Assembly (NCBI GenBank): GCA_036338695.1
Contig: JAYZBQ010000012.1
Span: 1 to 51,043, forward strand
DNA length: 51,043 nucleotides
From: Myxococcota bacterium
Lineage (GTDB): Bacteria > Myxococcota > UBA4151
Reading direction: 5' to 3'
Below are positions 26,981 to 37,002 of this stretch, piece after piece. The notes beneath the pieces were generated by a model. That model did no database searches. It was not told the origin of the DNA and was given only the letters and a program-made list of their open reading frames with translations. The translations under genes were made by a program, and so were the position numbers. The stretch's first letter is position 1, and each line of letters begins with the position of its first letter.

Positions 26981-27616
26981 ATGATGAATCCCTTGTCTCG
27001 ACTCGTGATCGGCTTCGGTTTTAGCGTGATTTTGGTAGGGTGCCCCACGCGCGATCCGCAAGCAGTTAACGGCAGCTGCCCTGTGGATGCGCCGTGTTTT
27101 CTCTCGGTTTTGGCGCCGCAAGGAGCGACAAGCGCTCCGGGGCCTTTCCACATCGTGGCGGAGGTCACGGGACCCCACCGTATCGAAGGTGTTGGCCTCG
27201 TCTTCTCACTGAATGGTGCGGCCAGCATCGACCTGCGCCTCGCACGCCTGACCAGCGGCAACTCGTTGTGGGGGGTCCCCGACCTCGAAGCGGACTCCGT
27301 TGAGCCGCCTGAGGCGATGGAGGCGGCGCAGGCGCTGGCTCGGCTGCAACCGGGTGACCAGGTGACGTACATCCTGTGGGCTTGGGACCAAATGGGGAAC
27401 CAGACCGAGTGGACCGGGACGGGGCGTCAAGACGCAGGTTCGCTGTCGTTTACCGTCGTCGACGGATCGTCTGATGACACCGTGCTCGATGCGGGAGCCG
27501 GTGCTGATAGCGGCGGGGGCGTTGACGGGGGCGATCGACCAGACGACGCCGGCTCAGGTGATCCCATCGGACCGGATGGCGGCTCTGTGGTCGTGACACC
27601 GTCCGACGCTGGCTAG
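26981..27616 (+). CDS. Hypothetical lipoprotein
   Basis: Lipobox LVGC; DAG-rich tail. Confidence 0.75.
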   Translation: MMNPLSRLVIGFGFSVILVGCPTRDPQAVNGSCPVDAPCFLSVLAPQGATSAPGPFHIVAEVTGPHRIEGVGLVFSLNGAASIDLRLARLTSGNSLWGVPDLEADSVEPPEAMEAAQALARLQPGDQVTYILWAWDQMGNQTEWTGTGRQDAGSLSFTVVDGSSDDTVLDAGAGADSGGGVDGGDRPDDAGSGDPIGPDGGSVVVTPSDAG

Positions 27617-28062
27617 TGCGCTGTGCCCTGCTCAGCGCGCTGGCCTGCGCAGCGGCTTGCGCCACCGCGCCCGATCGTGTCCCGAATTTCAGGCTTCAAT
27701 TCGGCGTCGCCCAGGCGCCGACGATCGTTTTGGTCTCGCCCAGTTGGTCGGATCGCGGGCTCGCCATGCTCGAGCAGATCCGGCGCTCGAAGCGCACCTA
27801 TCCGGAGCTTCAGGTCGTGATGGTGGTGATGGACGACTTGCCGCTCAAGGCGTGGAACGTGGCGGTCAAGGCGCTTGAAGTGCCTGGCGTCGCCAGGCGC
27901 AGCGCCGGGCTTGGGCTTGATCAACCGCCGCTTGGACCGATCCGTGAGGTCCCGATGATCTTTTGGGTCAACTCACGAGAAGAGATCATCGAGCGAGCGG
28001 TTGGCTTTATCGACGCGCAGTCGTTTGATGCGCAGACGCGTCGGTTGATGGAGGAGGGGTGA
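27616..28062 (+). CDS. Thioredoxin-like (TlpA-like) exported protein lacking CxxC
   Basis: Signal peptide ending AAC; IVLVSPSWS, VVMVVMD and cis-Pro-like EVPMIFWVN motifs. Confidence 0.55.
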   Translation: MRCALLSALACAAACATAPDRVPNFRLQFGVAQAPTIVLVSPSWSDRGLAMLEQIRRSKRTYPELQVVMVVMDDLPLKAWNVAVKALEVPGVARRSAGLGLDQPPLGPIREVPMIFWVNSREEIIERAVGFIDAQSFDAQTRRLMEEG

Positions 28063-28631
28063 TGGAGTGGCTCGCTCGCGCAGGCTGGATGGTCTATCCG
28101 ATCGGTCTGTGCGCCGTCGCAGCGCTTACTTTGTTCTTTGAGCGGTGGTTCTCCTTGTCACCGCGCCGGGTAGCGCCCGAAGGGTGGCGCGCTGAGGTGC
28201 TGGCGCAGATGAGGCGCGATGAGGCGCCCACCGGGCTCGAGCGCGCCGCCGCCGGGCGACTGGTCGTCGCCTGGCTTAAGTCCGCCGATCGCCGGCGTGA
28301 GCGCGTGGGCGAGGCTGGCCAGCGTTTGGTCGTTGAGATGGAGCGGGGGATCTCGTGGCTGGCGACGATCGCATCGCTGGCGCCCTTGCTCGGTCTGACG
28401 GGGACGGTGCTCGGTATGATCGAGGTGTTTCAGCGCATGACCGTGGACGCAGGCGCCGGCTCCCAGCTGCTCGCAGGGGGTATCTGGATGGCGCTCGTGA
28501 CGACTGTTTTGGGCATGTTGGTCGCCATGCCCACGCTGGTCTTGCATCGCCTGCTGCAAGGGCGCGTGCAAGCGCGCGTGAGCGACCTTGAGCGGTTCGC
28601 AGAAGACCTTCTCGATGGACCGAACACGTGA
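28062..28631 (+). CDS. exbB: MotA/TolQ/ExbB proton channel protein
   Basis: LAPLLGLTGTVLGMI and LAGGIWMALVTTVLG. Confidence 0.92.
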   Translation: MEWLARAGWMVYPIGLCAVAALTLFFERWFSLSPRRVAPEGWRAEVLAQMRRDEAPTGLERAAAGRLVVAWLKSADRRRERVGEAGQRLVVEMERGISWLATIASLAPLLGLTGTVLGMIEVFQRMTVDAGAGSQLLAGGIWMALVTTVLGMLVAMPTLVLHRLLQGRVQARVSDLERFAEDLLDGPNT

Positions 28632-29014
28632 AGTTTGAGCGTCAGTCGGTGGCGGCTCCGAGCGTCGACTTGACGCCGATGCTGGACGTCGTTTTCTTGC
28701 TGCTCATCTTCTTTATGGTCAGCGCCCGGTTTGACGCCGCCCGGGAGGTGCCGATCGACCTGCCCAAGGTCCAGGGGGCGGCGACTGCACAACCCAAGGA
28801 GCGGACGGTCGTCCAGATGCGCTCGGACGGTTCGATCGTACTCGGCGGTGAGTTGGTGGCGCGTGAGGCGCTGCCCGAGCGCCTCGGCGGCGCCCAGCGG
28901 GTCGTCTTGAGCGCAGACGAGGCGGTCAGCCACGGAGCGTTCATGGACGTGCTGACGGCGCTGCGCGCGCTGCCGCTTGAGGCGGTGACCGTCGAGGTCG
29001 AAGCGGCTCCGTAG
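28628..29014 (+). CDS. exbD: ExbD/TolR biopolymer transporter
   Basis: DLTPMLDVVFLLLIFFMV. Confidence 0.93.
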   Translation: MKFERQSVAAPSVDLTPMLDVVFLLLIFFMVSARFDAAREVPIDLPKVQGAATAQPKERTVVQMRSDGSIVLGGELVAREALPERLGGAQRVVLSADEAVSHGAFMDVLTALRALPLEAVTVEVEAAP

Positions 29015-29026
29015 CGCGTGGGCGCT

Positions 29027-29347
29027 CTAGCCTAAGATTTTGGGTAGCTTCAGGCTTAGAGCGAGATTTCCCGTCACCTTAATTTTGCCCAACATGAACG
29101 CCATCTGAGGGTTCGTGGTCCCGGCCACGACGCCAAGGAAATCCTGCTCCTTCATGGCGATCGTGCAATCGGCGGCCTCACTGACGCCTTCTTGGATCCA
29201 GTTGTCGGCTTGGGTCAGATCAACCGTCCACGAGCCGCCTCCGGCGCCGTCGATGTTGAACTGAAAGTGCGCACCGATCGCTGCGGCCAAATCGGGCGTC
29301 AGCTTGGCGGGCAGGGTCGACTCAAAGAACTCTCGTGCTGTGCTCAT
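29027..29347 (-). CDS. SCP2 sterol/lipid-binding domain protein
   Basis: QFNIDG.GGG.W.VD, ADCTI, NPQMAFMLGKIKVTGN. Confidence 0.92.
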   Translation of the reverse strand: MSTAREFFESTLPAKLTPDLAAAIGAHFQFNIDGAGGGSWTVDLTQADNWIQEGVSEAADCTIAMKEQDFLGVVAGTTNPQMAFMLGKIKVTGNLALSLKLPKILG

Positions 29348-29356
29348 AGAAGACTC

Positions 29357-31135
29357 CTAGCTCGCGTACATGTCGTCGAGGTACTGAGCGTACTTCTTCT
29401 CAACGACGCGGCGCTTCACTTTGAGGGAGGGGGTCAGCTGGTCACCGGCTTCAAATTCGACCGGTACCAGCGCAAACTTCTTGATCGTCGAGTAGCTTGG
29501 CAGGCCGGCGTTCACCGAGTCGAACAAGCCTTGGATTAAGGCGACGACCTTCGGGTGCTTGCAGGCCTCTTCTCGGTTCGCCACGGAGAAGCCCTCGGCC
29601 TCTGCAAAGGCGAGGATGTTCTCAAGGTCCAGCGTGACCAGCGCGCTCAGGAACTTGCGCTGATCGCCATGGACGACGGCGTGGCCGACGTACTGGCTGG
29701 CGGCGAGCTCACCCTCGATAGGCTGAGGCGCCACGTTTTTGCCGCCGGCGGTGATGATCAGGTCTTTCTTGCGGTCGGTGATGCGCAGGTAGCCGTCGGG
29801 GTCGAGCTCTCCGATATCTCCGGTGTGCAGCCAGCCATCCTGGATGGTCTCTGCGGTCGCCTCGGGCATGCGCCAGTATTCCTTCATGACGCCCGGGCCG
29901 CGCATTAGGATCTCGCCGTCGTCAGCGATTTTCACCTCCATCCCGGGGAGCGCAGCACCGACGGTGCCAATACGACCGACGCCCGGGAGGTTCACGCAGG
30001 TCGCTGCGCTCGATTCGGTCATGCCGTATCCTTCGAGGATCTCGACGCCGCAGAAATCAAAGAACCAGTTGATCTTCTTGGACAATGGCGCGCCGCCGCT
30101 CACGAAGAAGCGGAGCCTGCCGCCGAACTTTTCTTGTAAGCCTGCGCCGATCTTTTTGTAGACCAAGCCCTTTGCGATCGCCCAGCCAAGCCCTTGAGGT
30201 TTGCCGCCTGCCATGGCGACCTCCGCCATCTTCTCACCGTGGTCGAGGGCCCAGTTCGCCAGCTTGCCGGCGAGGCCGTCGCCGCCGCGGGCTTTGCCGA
30301 CCGCCGCCGTGTAGACCTTCTCAAAGATGCGAGGCACCGACGCCATCATGGTCGGTTTGACGGTCGCCATGTCGTCGAGCAGGTTGTCGATCCCCGTGAC
30401 AGCGAGCACGTGACCCGTGCTAAACCATGCGGCTTTGAGCACCTGCGCAAACACGTGCGCCAGCGGCAAGAAGAGCAACTGCACGTCGTCCTGGCTGAGG
30501 ATGTTGGTGCGCTGCACGACGTTGCCTTCGTAGGCAAAGTTCTTGTGCGTGAGCACCACCCCTTTGGGGCGCCCCGTGGTCCCTGAGGTGTAGATCAGGC
30601 AACACAGGTCGTCTTCCTCGATGGTCGCTTCGCGCGCCTCGAGCGCATCCGGGTTCGCCTGCGCGTATTCGTCGCCACGTGCCAAGAACGCATCAAAATT
30701 AATCGACCAGTCGCCGTCGCCGTCGCCGTCGAAGAGCACGACCCGCCGGACAGAGGGGATCTGCTCGCGGATCGACTGCAGCTTCGCCAGCTGCTCCTCG
30801 TCTTCGGCGAAGAGCACGCTGAGTTCGGAGTTCGAGATGATGTAGGCGCACTCATCGGCAGTGTTGCTCTGGTAGAGGGTCACCGTCGCTGCACCGGAGA
30901 GCACCGAGCCAAGGTCACCGAGTAACCACTCGGGGCGGGTGTTTGAGAGCACGCCCACGCGGTCGCCTTTGTTGATCCCATCTGCCAGCAGCGCGTTGGC
31001 AGCCTTCTGCCCGGTCTCTTCGACCTCGGACCAGGTCAGGTCGCGCCAGCCGTTGTCCGTCTTGAAGCGAAGCGCAGGGCGACCGGCTAGGCGGGACGCC
31101 GTGTTGTGAAATATCTGATTTAGCGTTTGGCTCAT
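29357..31135 (-). CDS. fadD: Long-chain fatty acid--CoA ligase
   Basis: YTSGTTGRPKG, EGYGMTE, GWLHTGDIG, DRKKDLIITAGGKNVAP. Confidence 0.93.
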   Translation of the reverse strand: MSQTLNQIFHNTASRLAGRPALRFKTDNGWRDLTWSEVEETGQKAANALLADGINKGDRVGVLSNTRPEWLLGDLGSVLSGAATVTLYQSNTADECAYIISNSELSVLFAEDEEQLAKLQSIREQIPSVRRVVLFDGDGDGDWSINFDAFLARGDEYAQANPDALEAREATIEEDDLCCLIYTSGTTGRPKGVVLTHKNFAYEGNVVQRTNILSQDDVQLLFLPLAHVFAQVLKAAWFSTGHVLAVTGIDNLLDDMATVKPTMMASVPRIFEKVYTAAVGKARGGDGLAGKLANWALDHGEKMAEVAMAGGKPQGLGWAIAKGLVYKKIGAGLQEKFGGRLRFFVSGGAPLSKKINWFFDFCGVEILEGYGMTESSAATCVNLPGVGRIGTVGAALPGMEVKIADDGEILMRGPGVMKEYWRMPEATAETIQDGWLHTGDIGELDPDGYLRITDRKKDLIITAGGKNVAPQPIEGELAASQYVGHAVVHGDQRKFLSALVTLDLENILAFAEAEGFSVANREEACKHPKVVALIQGLFDSVNAGLPSYSTIKKFALVPVEFEAGDQLTPSLKVKRRVVEKKYAQYLDDMYAS

Positions 31136-31309
31136 GATGGACTCCTGGTCGGGTGGCCGGCGAGCGCCTCTCGCACCCCAACGCAGGAGGCGACGAGACG
31201 TCGGTCCCTTGCGCTAAGTCTGCGGCCCTACGCTGTCAAGAACCACATGGGGCGATGAAAAATCTTCTCAGCCGTGGTAGGCTGCTGGCGAGGTAATGAG
31301 GAGTTCTTG

Positions 31310-32746
31310 GTGAGCTTGAGCAGAACGGTCTGGATGATCGGTTGGGGTGTGCTTCTCCTCGCTGGCTGCAGCACCAGTGAGGAGGTCTGCGCGAGCGATG
31401 ATCAGTGCGGTCCCACGATGGTTTGCCGGGCGTCCGCCTGTGTGACGCCTTGCGCGAGTGATTCCGTCTGCGGTGAGCAGGCGATCTGCAACGACGGTCT
31501 GTGCGAGACGGGCTGCCGCTCCGACGATCAGTGTCCGCTGGGGCAGTCGTGCAGCAGCGGCCAGTGCGCTAACGGATGCGCATCGAGCGATCGCTGCGAA
31601 GCCTACCAATACTGTGCCCCAAACGGGCAGTGTCTCAACGGGTGCGGACGAGATGGCGACTGCGGCGCTGGGCAATTCTGCGAAGACAATAAATGCGTCC
31701 CGATCGGCGGTGGCTTTGATGCCGGGGTCGCCTGCGCCGAGCATGATGACTGCCGTGTCGGTGAGTTTTGCAACCCTGAAGGGCGCTGTGCCGTTGGCTG
31801 CCGACCGGGCACCTGTCCGCGCAACCGGCGATGTGACGAGGCGACGGGCGTGTGTGTTGGCGGCGCCACGCCGCAGCCCGACGCAGGGCCGGTCTCGCCC
31901 GACACCGGCGCTGCGTCCGATGCGGGCGTTGAGATGGAATTCGGCGTCCGCTGCCGTCTCGAGCGTGCGGGGAACCCGGTCGACTCGTTGCAGGTCCGCG
32001 CCGACGCCGAACTGTCCCTCGAGGTCTTGCCCGAGCTCGACGCACAGATCGAGTGGGCGCTGGTGCGCGCACCGGGCGACGGAGGGGTGCTCTGGGAGGA
32101 TCGACAGGCTCGGCGTCAGCTGATCGCGCTGCAGCGCGTCGGGTCCTACGTCCTGCGTGGTGCGGTCACCTATGAGGGGGTGACCGAGCACTGCGATGTC
32201 GAGGTGGACGGCGTGGCGCCGCAGCGCGGCTATTGGGTCGAGTTGAGCTGGGACGGGGATCGAGACCTCGACCTACACCTCGCCCCGGTGCCCAACCAAG
32301 AGCCGTGCGAACGCGACGCTCAGTGTGTCCAGAACCAACTGCGACGGCAGCAATGCAACCTTGGCTACTGCAGCCGCTCGTTCAGCAGCCGCGACGGCCG
32401 AGATGGTGACTGTTGGGCCCGTAACGCCAACCCGATGTGGGGTGACCCCAACAACTCCTCCACCAACCCGCACTATTTGGGTGATGCGCGCAGCGGGGCG
32501 GGCACCGAGAACATCTCGTTGGGCGCGCTCGAGGCTGGGTGGGTCTACCGAGTGGCTCTGCGGGCGTGGGGTGAGAACACCAACCGGGCTTGGCTCAAGA
32601 TCTACCGAGATGGTCAAGCGCTGGTTGCGACCGACCCCTTGCGGATCGCACCGGAGCGCCCGACCTCATGGCTTTACCTCGGGCGTCTTAGCGCCGACGG
32701 GTACGCCCCGGTGACGGAGCTTAGCGCAGAGCCGCCGCGCAACTAG
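31310..32746 (+). CDS. Cysteine-rich lipoprotein with C-terminal YfaP/DUF2135-like domain
   Basis: Lipobox LAGC, repeated C..D..C modules, VELSWDGDRDLDLHL...GTENI. Confidence 0.8.
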   Translation: MSLSRTVWMIGWGVLLLAGCSTSEEVCASDDQCGPTMVCRASACVTPCASDSVCGEQAICNDGLCETGCRSDDQCPLGQSCSSGQCANGCASSDRCEAYQYCAPNGQCLNGCGRDGDCGAGQFCEDNKCVPIGGGFDAGVACAEHDDCRVGEFCNPEGRCAVGCRPGTCPRNRRCDEATGVCVGGATPQPDAGPVSPDTGAASDAGVEMEFGVRCRLERAGNPVDSLQVRADAELSLEVLPELDAQIEWALVRAPGDGGVLWEDRQARRQLIALQRVGSYVLRGAVTYEGVTEHCDVEVDGVAPQRGYWVELSWDGDRDLDLHLAPVPNQEPCERDAQCVQNQLRRQQCNLGYCSRSFSSRDGRDGDCWARNANPMWGDPNNSSTNPHYLGDARSGAGTENISLGALEAGWVYRVALRAWGENTNRAWLKIYRDGQALVATDPLRIAPERPTSWLYLGRLSADGYAPVTELSAEPPRN

Positions 32747-34176
32747 TCGCCCTCCGGGATCACGACCGAACCCGCGCTGTCGTCGATCTCCTCAGCCTCT
32801 GGCAGGGGCGCCGCCTCTGCCGCCGCAGTGTCCGTTTTTGAGCCTGCCTTTGCAGGCGCCCTGCGCGTTTTCGCCTGAGGGCGCTGAGGCTCCGGCATGA
32901 GCAGCCGCAAGTGCTTTGCGCTGCAGGCATCGAAGCGAGCGAGTCGCGCCGTGAGCCAGTCCTCTGGCTTGGTTTTGCGCATCGCTGCATACGCGAGCAC
33001 TTTGATCTGAGTGTCCTTGTGCTCAAGGAGCGCCGTATACCACGGCCGCTGGTCGAAGCGGTCCGACTGATCGACGAGTGCACGCAGGATCGGGAGCGGC
33101 CACTGACTGGGTAAGACGCGACGGATACGCTGGCTTGCGAGATCACTGAAGCGACGCAATGCCTTCGCGACCGTCGCATCGACGTCTGGAGGGCTTTTGA
33201 TCAGCCACTTGGTGAGCTCGTCATGATCTGCAGGGTCGGCGAGCGCAAGTCGTCCGATCATCCCCGCGCGTCTCAACTCCGGGACGTCGAGTTGGCTAAG
33301 AAACAGGAGCTGAGGACGCAGTTGTTTGAAGCCAAGTAACCCGGCTAGCGGCGCTGCGTGGACCGCCTCAGGGTGCTGACCCACCATCCGCTCCTTGAGC
33401 GCTTCGAGCGCCTCGGTTCCGCTGAGTCTGATCGACTCGATCGACCCCGCTGCCCGCGTCAGCAGCTCCTCCCCTTCGAGCCACAGGGTCGCCCGCTTCG
33501 ACGGCTCGGGGCGGATCGCCTCCACCGTAATGGGCCGCGTGGCGCGATCCGATAGGTGATATCCGACGCTGCGAGCGAGCACGCGCAGGCTGCTGACCAA
33601 GCCGCGCGGTAAGAGGTTGATGCGCCCGCTGTAGTCGGCGGCGATCTGTTCGGGCAAGGTGCTCGCCAGCCGCTCGTAGGGTGTGCGCACCAGCGTGATC
33701 AGCTCGGGCAGCACCTCCACGGCGTCGGATCGGTTCATAGACCGCAGCGCGCTCGTGTAGGATTGGAGTGTCTCTCGCTGGCGCGTGAGGATGAGTTGGC
33801 TCTCTTGCGCTGCGAAGAGCGCCACCCCCTGTTGCTGGAGACAAGGCTGCGTGCGCAGCGCACGCACCAGCCGCAGCCGTGCGCTGAGGAGGGCTTGCTT
33901 GGGCGGATCAAGTGACTCTAGCACACGCCGGGCTGTCGCTCGGAGACGCTTGCTCGGGAGCGCCTCTGACGTGAGGTGTCTGTGGATTGCACAGGCGTCG
34001 GCGAGCGCCGGTGCCGGCTTCTTGGTCGTACAGATGGGGTGCGGCCCCCGCCGGAACGTCAAGAGGGCTTCGGGGGTGGGCGCCTGCGCGTAGGGCGTGC
34101 CCTCTGGGAGAAAAAACGACGACGCTCCCTGCGACGTTGGCTCAGCGCTTGCTAAGACAACGAGAAGGAGCGTCAT
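32743..34176 (-). CDS. Hypothetical helical-repeat protein
   Basis: 477-aa ORF filling the gap, co-oriented with the upstream gene; no family recognised. Confidence 0.65.
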   Translation of the reverse strand: MTLLLVVLASAEPTSQGASSFFLPEGTPYAQAPTPEALLTFRRGPHPICTTKKPAPALADACAIHRHLTSEALPSKRLRATARRVLESLDPPKQALLSARLRLVRALRTQPCLQQQGVALFAAQESQLILTRQRETLQSYTSALRSMNRSDAVEVLPELITLVRTPYERLASTLPEQIAADYSGRINLLPRGLVSSLRVLARSVGYHLSDRATRPITVEAIRPEPSKRATLWLEGEELLTRAAGSIESIRLSGTEALEALKERMVGQHPEAVHAAPLAGLLGFKQLRPQLLFLSQLDVPELRRAGMIGRLALADPADHDELTKWLIKSPPDVDATVAKALRRFSDLASQRIRRVLPSQWPLPILRALVDQSDRFDQRPWYTALLEHKDTQIKVLAYAAMRKTKPEDWLTARLARFDACSAKHLRLLMPEPQRPQAKTRRAPAKAGSKTDTAAAEAAPLPEAEEIDDSAGSVVIPEGD

Positions 34177-34201
34177 CGATTACGTTCGAGCCAGCGGTCG
34201 C

Positions 34202-35260
34202 TTACTTTTTGGGCTCAGCCTTTTTGACCTGATAGCTGGCTTTGCCCGCCTCGAAGCTGATCAGCCCCGCCATGCCGTGGCTCACGCTTTTGTCGACCAT
34301 CGTCCACGGGGTGGCATCCGCTGGGCCGGGGTTGAGCACGAGCTCTTCGCTCGCTTCGCCCTGCTTGATGCCTTTACCGGCGACTGTCGCTGCGCGGCCG
34401 CCCGCCTCCTTGATGTTACCCACGATGGCGAACTTGGTGCCGGTCTCTGCCAGCATTTTGGCGATGCGCTCGTCACCGACGTTGGTGCCGTCCACCATGT
34501 AGTCAACACCCTCGGCTCCGGCTTGACGCGGCGAAGCGTGCGCCACGAAGACGCGCCCGCCCGCAGCCGCTTTGAGCAGCTTCCCGGTCTCATCCACTTC
34601 CGCCTGACCAAAGAGACAGGCTCCCGGCTCGGTGTAGTTTTTCTTTCCGTAACCCGGCAGGGTCACGAAGGTGATGTCGTTCAGCGTGAGCGAGCGGACT
34701 CGGTTGCCGTTGATGATCTGAGGATGATCTGCGGCGATGTTGGTCAGCGCCAAGTCGAAGTCGCGTGCGAGCTCCTTGTTGCCTGAGGTCACGAGCACCG
34801 GGACGCTGAACTCCGTCCCGAGGACGCGCAGCACCGACTCCATCTCCTTTTGGCTGTAGGCGACGTCGCCGTTGACGACGACCAGGCCAGCGCCCGCTGC
34901 TTTGATCCACGCGGCGAAAGCCTTCAGGTTGGCCACGGTCTCCGGCAGAAACTCTTTAATGTCACTGATGACGCCGACGGTCAGTTTACCCGAGGTCGTT
35001 GCGTCGCTCGCAGCTGCCATCGTGTAGCCGTCGCCTTTAAAGGTGAGGGGCCCGACCGTCAGCTCGCGGGCTTTGCCGCCGGCCGCGCCAAAGCACGCCG
35101 GGTTCTCTGCCTTTTCCTCGGCAGGCGCCGCCGCTGGCGCTTCAGCTTTCGGCGCCGCGGCCGGTGCAGGCGCGGGCTTCTCGGCCGCCGGCTTCGACTG
35201 GGTGCAAGCGATGCCGCCTAACGATACGGCGGCGAAAATTGGTAGCCAATTCAGCTTCAT
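34202..35260 (-). CDS. Metallophosphoesterase-fold lipoprotein with degenerate metal motifs
   Basis: Lipobox GIAC; motifs SDIK, NGD, GNKE, HASP, GNIKE. Confidence 0.8.
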   Translation of the reverse strand: MKLNWLPIFAAVSLGGIACTQSKPAAEKPAPAPAAAPKAEAPAAAPAEEKAENPACFGAAGGKARELTVGPLTFKGDGYTMAAASDATTSGKLTVGVISDIKEFLPETVANLKAFAAWIKAAGAGLVVVNGDVAYSQKEMESVLRVLGTEFSVPVLVTSGNKELARDFDLALTNIAADHPQIINGNRVRSLTLNDITFVTLPGYGKKNYTEPGACLFGQAEVDETGKLLKAAAGGRVFVAHASPRQAGAEGVDYMVDGTNVGDERIAKMLAETGTKFAIVGNIKEAGGRAATVAGKGIKQGEASEELVLNPGPADATPWTMVDKSVSHGMAGLISFEAGKASYQVKKAEPKK

Positions 35261-35404
35261 CAAGCGTGGTCTCCCGTGCCCGTTTCCCCACGGGCGCATC
35301 GGCCTATAGCAACAAGCGCATCACTGGAAAAGCCGGGTTGGAGTTCCAGTAATTGTGTCCTTCATTTGCGTCGATAACCTGAGCACGATGGAGACCGAGC
35401 CAAC

Positions 35405-36442
35405 ATGCTTCGCGAACAACTTGAAGAGATCGAACGAAACAGCCTGTGTGCTCAGGCGAGTCTGAGCGCTCAGTCACGCGGACGCCGGGTTCCCGAGACC
35501 CCGGACCCCATGCGCCCTGCCTATCAGCACGACCGAGACCGGATCATCCACACGAAGGCGTTTCGCCGGTTAGCGGGCAAGACGCAGGTCTTCCTGGCGC
35601 CCGTCGGTGACCACTATCGAACCCGGATGACCCATACGCTGGAGGTCACTCAGGTCGGTCGCACGATCGCACGAGCGCTGGGTCTGAATGAGATGCTCGT
35701 CGAAGCGATTGGGATGGGGCATGATCTGGGGCACACGCCATTTGGCCACGCTGGTGAGCGGCATCTGCGCAAGCTCATTCCTGGTGGCTTCCATCACGTC
35801 CGCCAGAGCCTGCGCGTCGTCGAGACCCTCGCACGCGATCGACGCGGGCTGAACCTGCACGAAGAGGTCCTCGACGGAATCGCCAAACACAGCAAAGGGC
35901 GCGGGCGGCTCATCACCGACAATCAAGCCACGCTGGCCATGACCCTCGAGGGGCAGGTGCTCCGCCTAGCCGACATCATCGCGTACGTTAACCATGACTT
36001 TGACGACGCATGCCGCGCAGGCTTGATGCAGCCTGATGAGCTGCCCGAAGCGATCGACGACGTGCTCGGTCAGCGAGGGCCTGCGCGCCTCGAGACGCTG
36101 ATCAAGGACGTCGTTTCGGCCAGTCGAGCGGCTGAGCTGAGCCGGATCACCATGACGGACGAGGTCTGCGCTGCGCTCGAAGCCTTTCGCGACGTCCTGT
36201 ACGAGCGCGTCTACCTGACCGAGACGGTCACGCGGGCCTTTGACCGCACCGGCCGTATCCTCGAGTTTCTGTGGGAGTATTTCATGGCGGACGAGGAGCG
36301 CTTCCGCTCCGTGTATTACCAAGGTGACCCCGACGAGCCGCATTGGCGCGCCGTGACCGACTTTGTCACCGGGATGACCGACCGTTATGCCTTGCGCTTG
36401 TTTGAAGAACTCTTCATGCCGCGCTCATGGAGCGTCGTGTGA
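35405..36442 (+). CDS. dgt: Deoxyguanosinetriphosphate triphosphohydrolase (HD family)
   Basis: DRDRIIHTKAFRRLAGKTQVF, RTRMTHTLEV, HDLGHTPFGHAGE, DFVTGMTDRYA. Confidence 0.95.
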   Translation: MLREQLEEIERNSLCAQASLSAQSRGRRVPETPDPMRPAYQHDRDRIIHTKAFRRLAGKTQVFLAPVGDHYRTRMTHTLEVTQVGRTIARALGLNEMLVEAIGMGHDLGHTPFGHAGERHLRKLIPGGFHHVRQSLRVVETLARDRRGLNLHEEVLDGIAKHSKGRGRLITDNQATLAMTLEGQVLRLADIIAYVNHDFDDACRAGLMQPDELPEAIDDVLGQRGPARLETLIKDVVSASRAAELSRITMTDEVCAALEAFRDVLYERVYLTETVTRAFDRTGRILEFLWEYFMADEERFRSVYYQGDPDEPHWRAVTDFVTGMTDRYALRLFEELFMPRSWSVV

Positions 36443-36840
36443 GAATCGTACTCGCCTCGGTCTGGCTTTGGATGCTGGCCTGCGCGGCAGAGCCAGAAGA
36501 GTGCCTGCTGCACTCGCAGTGTGCGGTGCGCGCGCGCTGCGTGCAGGGGCGCTGCGTGATCGCCTCACCGCTGCCGGTGGTCGATGCAGGCGTTCCGGAC
36601 ACAGGGGGCGATGCATCGATCGGTGATGCCGGTCACGTAGACGCAAGCCTCAGCGATGTCCTGCTCGGTGATGCGGCACACCCTGAGGCGGGGCATGTGG
36701 GTGATGCCGGGAACGAGGATGACGGGGGGCACCTCAGCGACGCCTCGGCGGGCGACGCGTTCGACGGTAGTCCAGACGCGAACGCACGCGGTGGCGATGG
36801 CTCAGCGCCAAGGCGCGATGGGGGCGCAACGCCTGACTAA
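36427..36840 (+). CDS. Small lipoprotein with one Cys module and a DAG-rich tail
   Basis: Lipobox MLAC, C...SQC....RCVQGRC; start could be GTG 36439. Confidence 0.7.
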   Translation: MERRVRIVLASVWLWMLACAAEPEECLLHSQCAVRARCVQGRCVIASPLPVVDAGVPDTGGDASIGDAGHVDASLSDVLLGDAAHPEAGHVGDAGNEDDGGHLSDASAGDAFDGSPDANARGGDGSAPRRDGGATPD

Positions 36841-36864
36841 AAGTGAGCAGCGTTGTTGTTTTCC

Positions 36865-36893
36865 TTGACAGCGACCCGAGGCGAATCTAGCCC
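36865..36893 (+). promoter_or_regulatory. Possible sigma70 promoter for tRNA-Ala/rpmB
   Basis: Perfect TTGACA, 17-nt spacer, weak -10 (TAGCCC). Confidence 0.45.
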
Positions 36894-36907
36894 CGACGCC
36901 CGCAGAT

Positions 36908-36983
36908 GGGGTCATAGCTCAGTTGGTAGAGCGCTAGAATCGCACTTTAGAGGTCGGGGGTTCGACTCCCCCTGACTCCACCA
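36908..36983 (+). tRNA. tRNA-Ala(CGC)
   Basis: 76-nt cloverleaf, G3:U70 pair, anticodon loop atCGCac, GTTCGA T-loop, encoded CCA. Confidence 0.96.
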
Positions 36984-37002
36984 TGGAAAGCAGGAGGACA
37001 TC

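Noticed and set aside
36908..36983. tRNA-Ala as an island integration site
   Set aside because: Flanked by core genes, with no integrase and no duplicated tRNA 3' end seen in the window.
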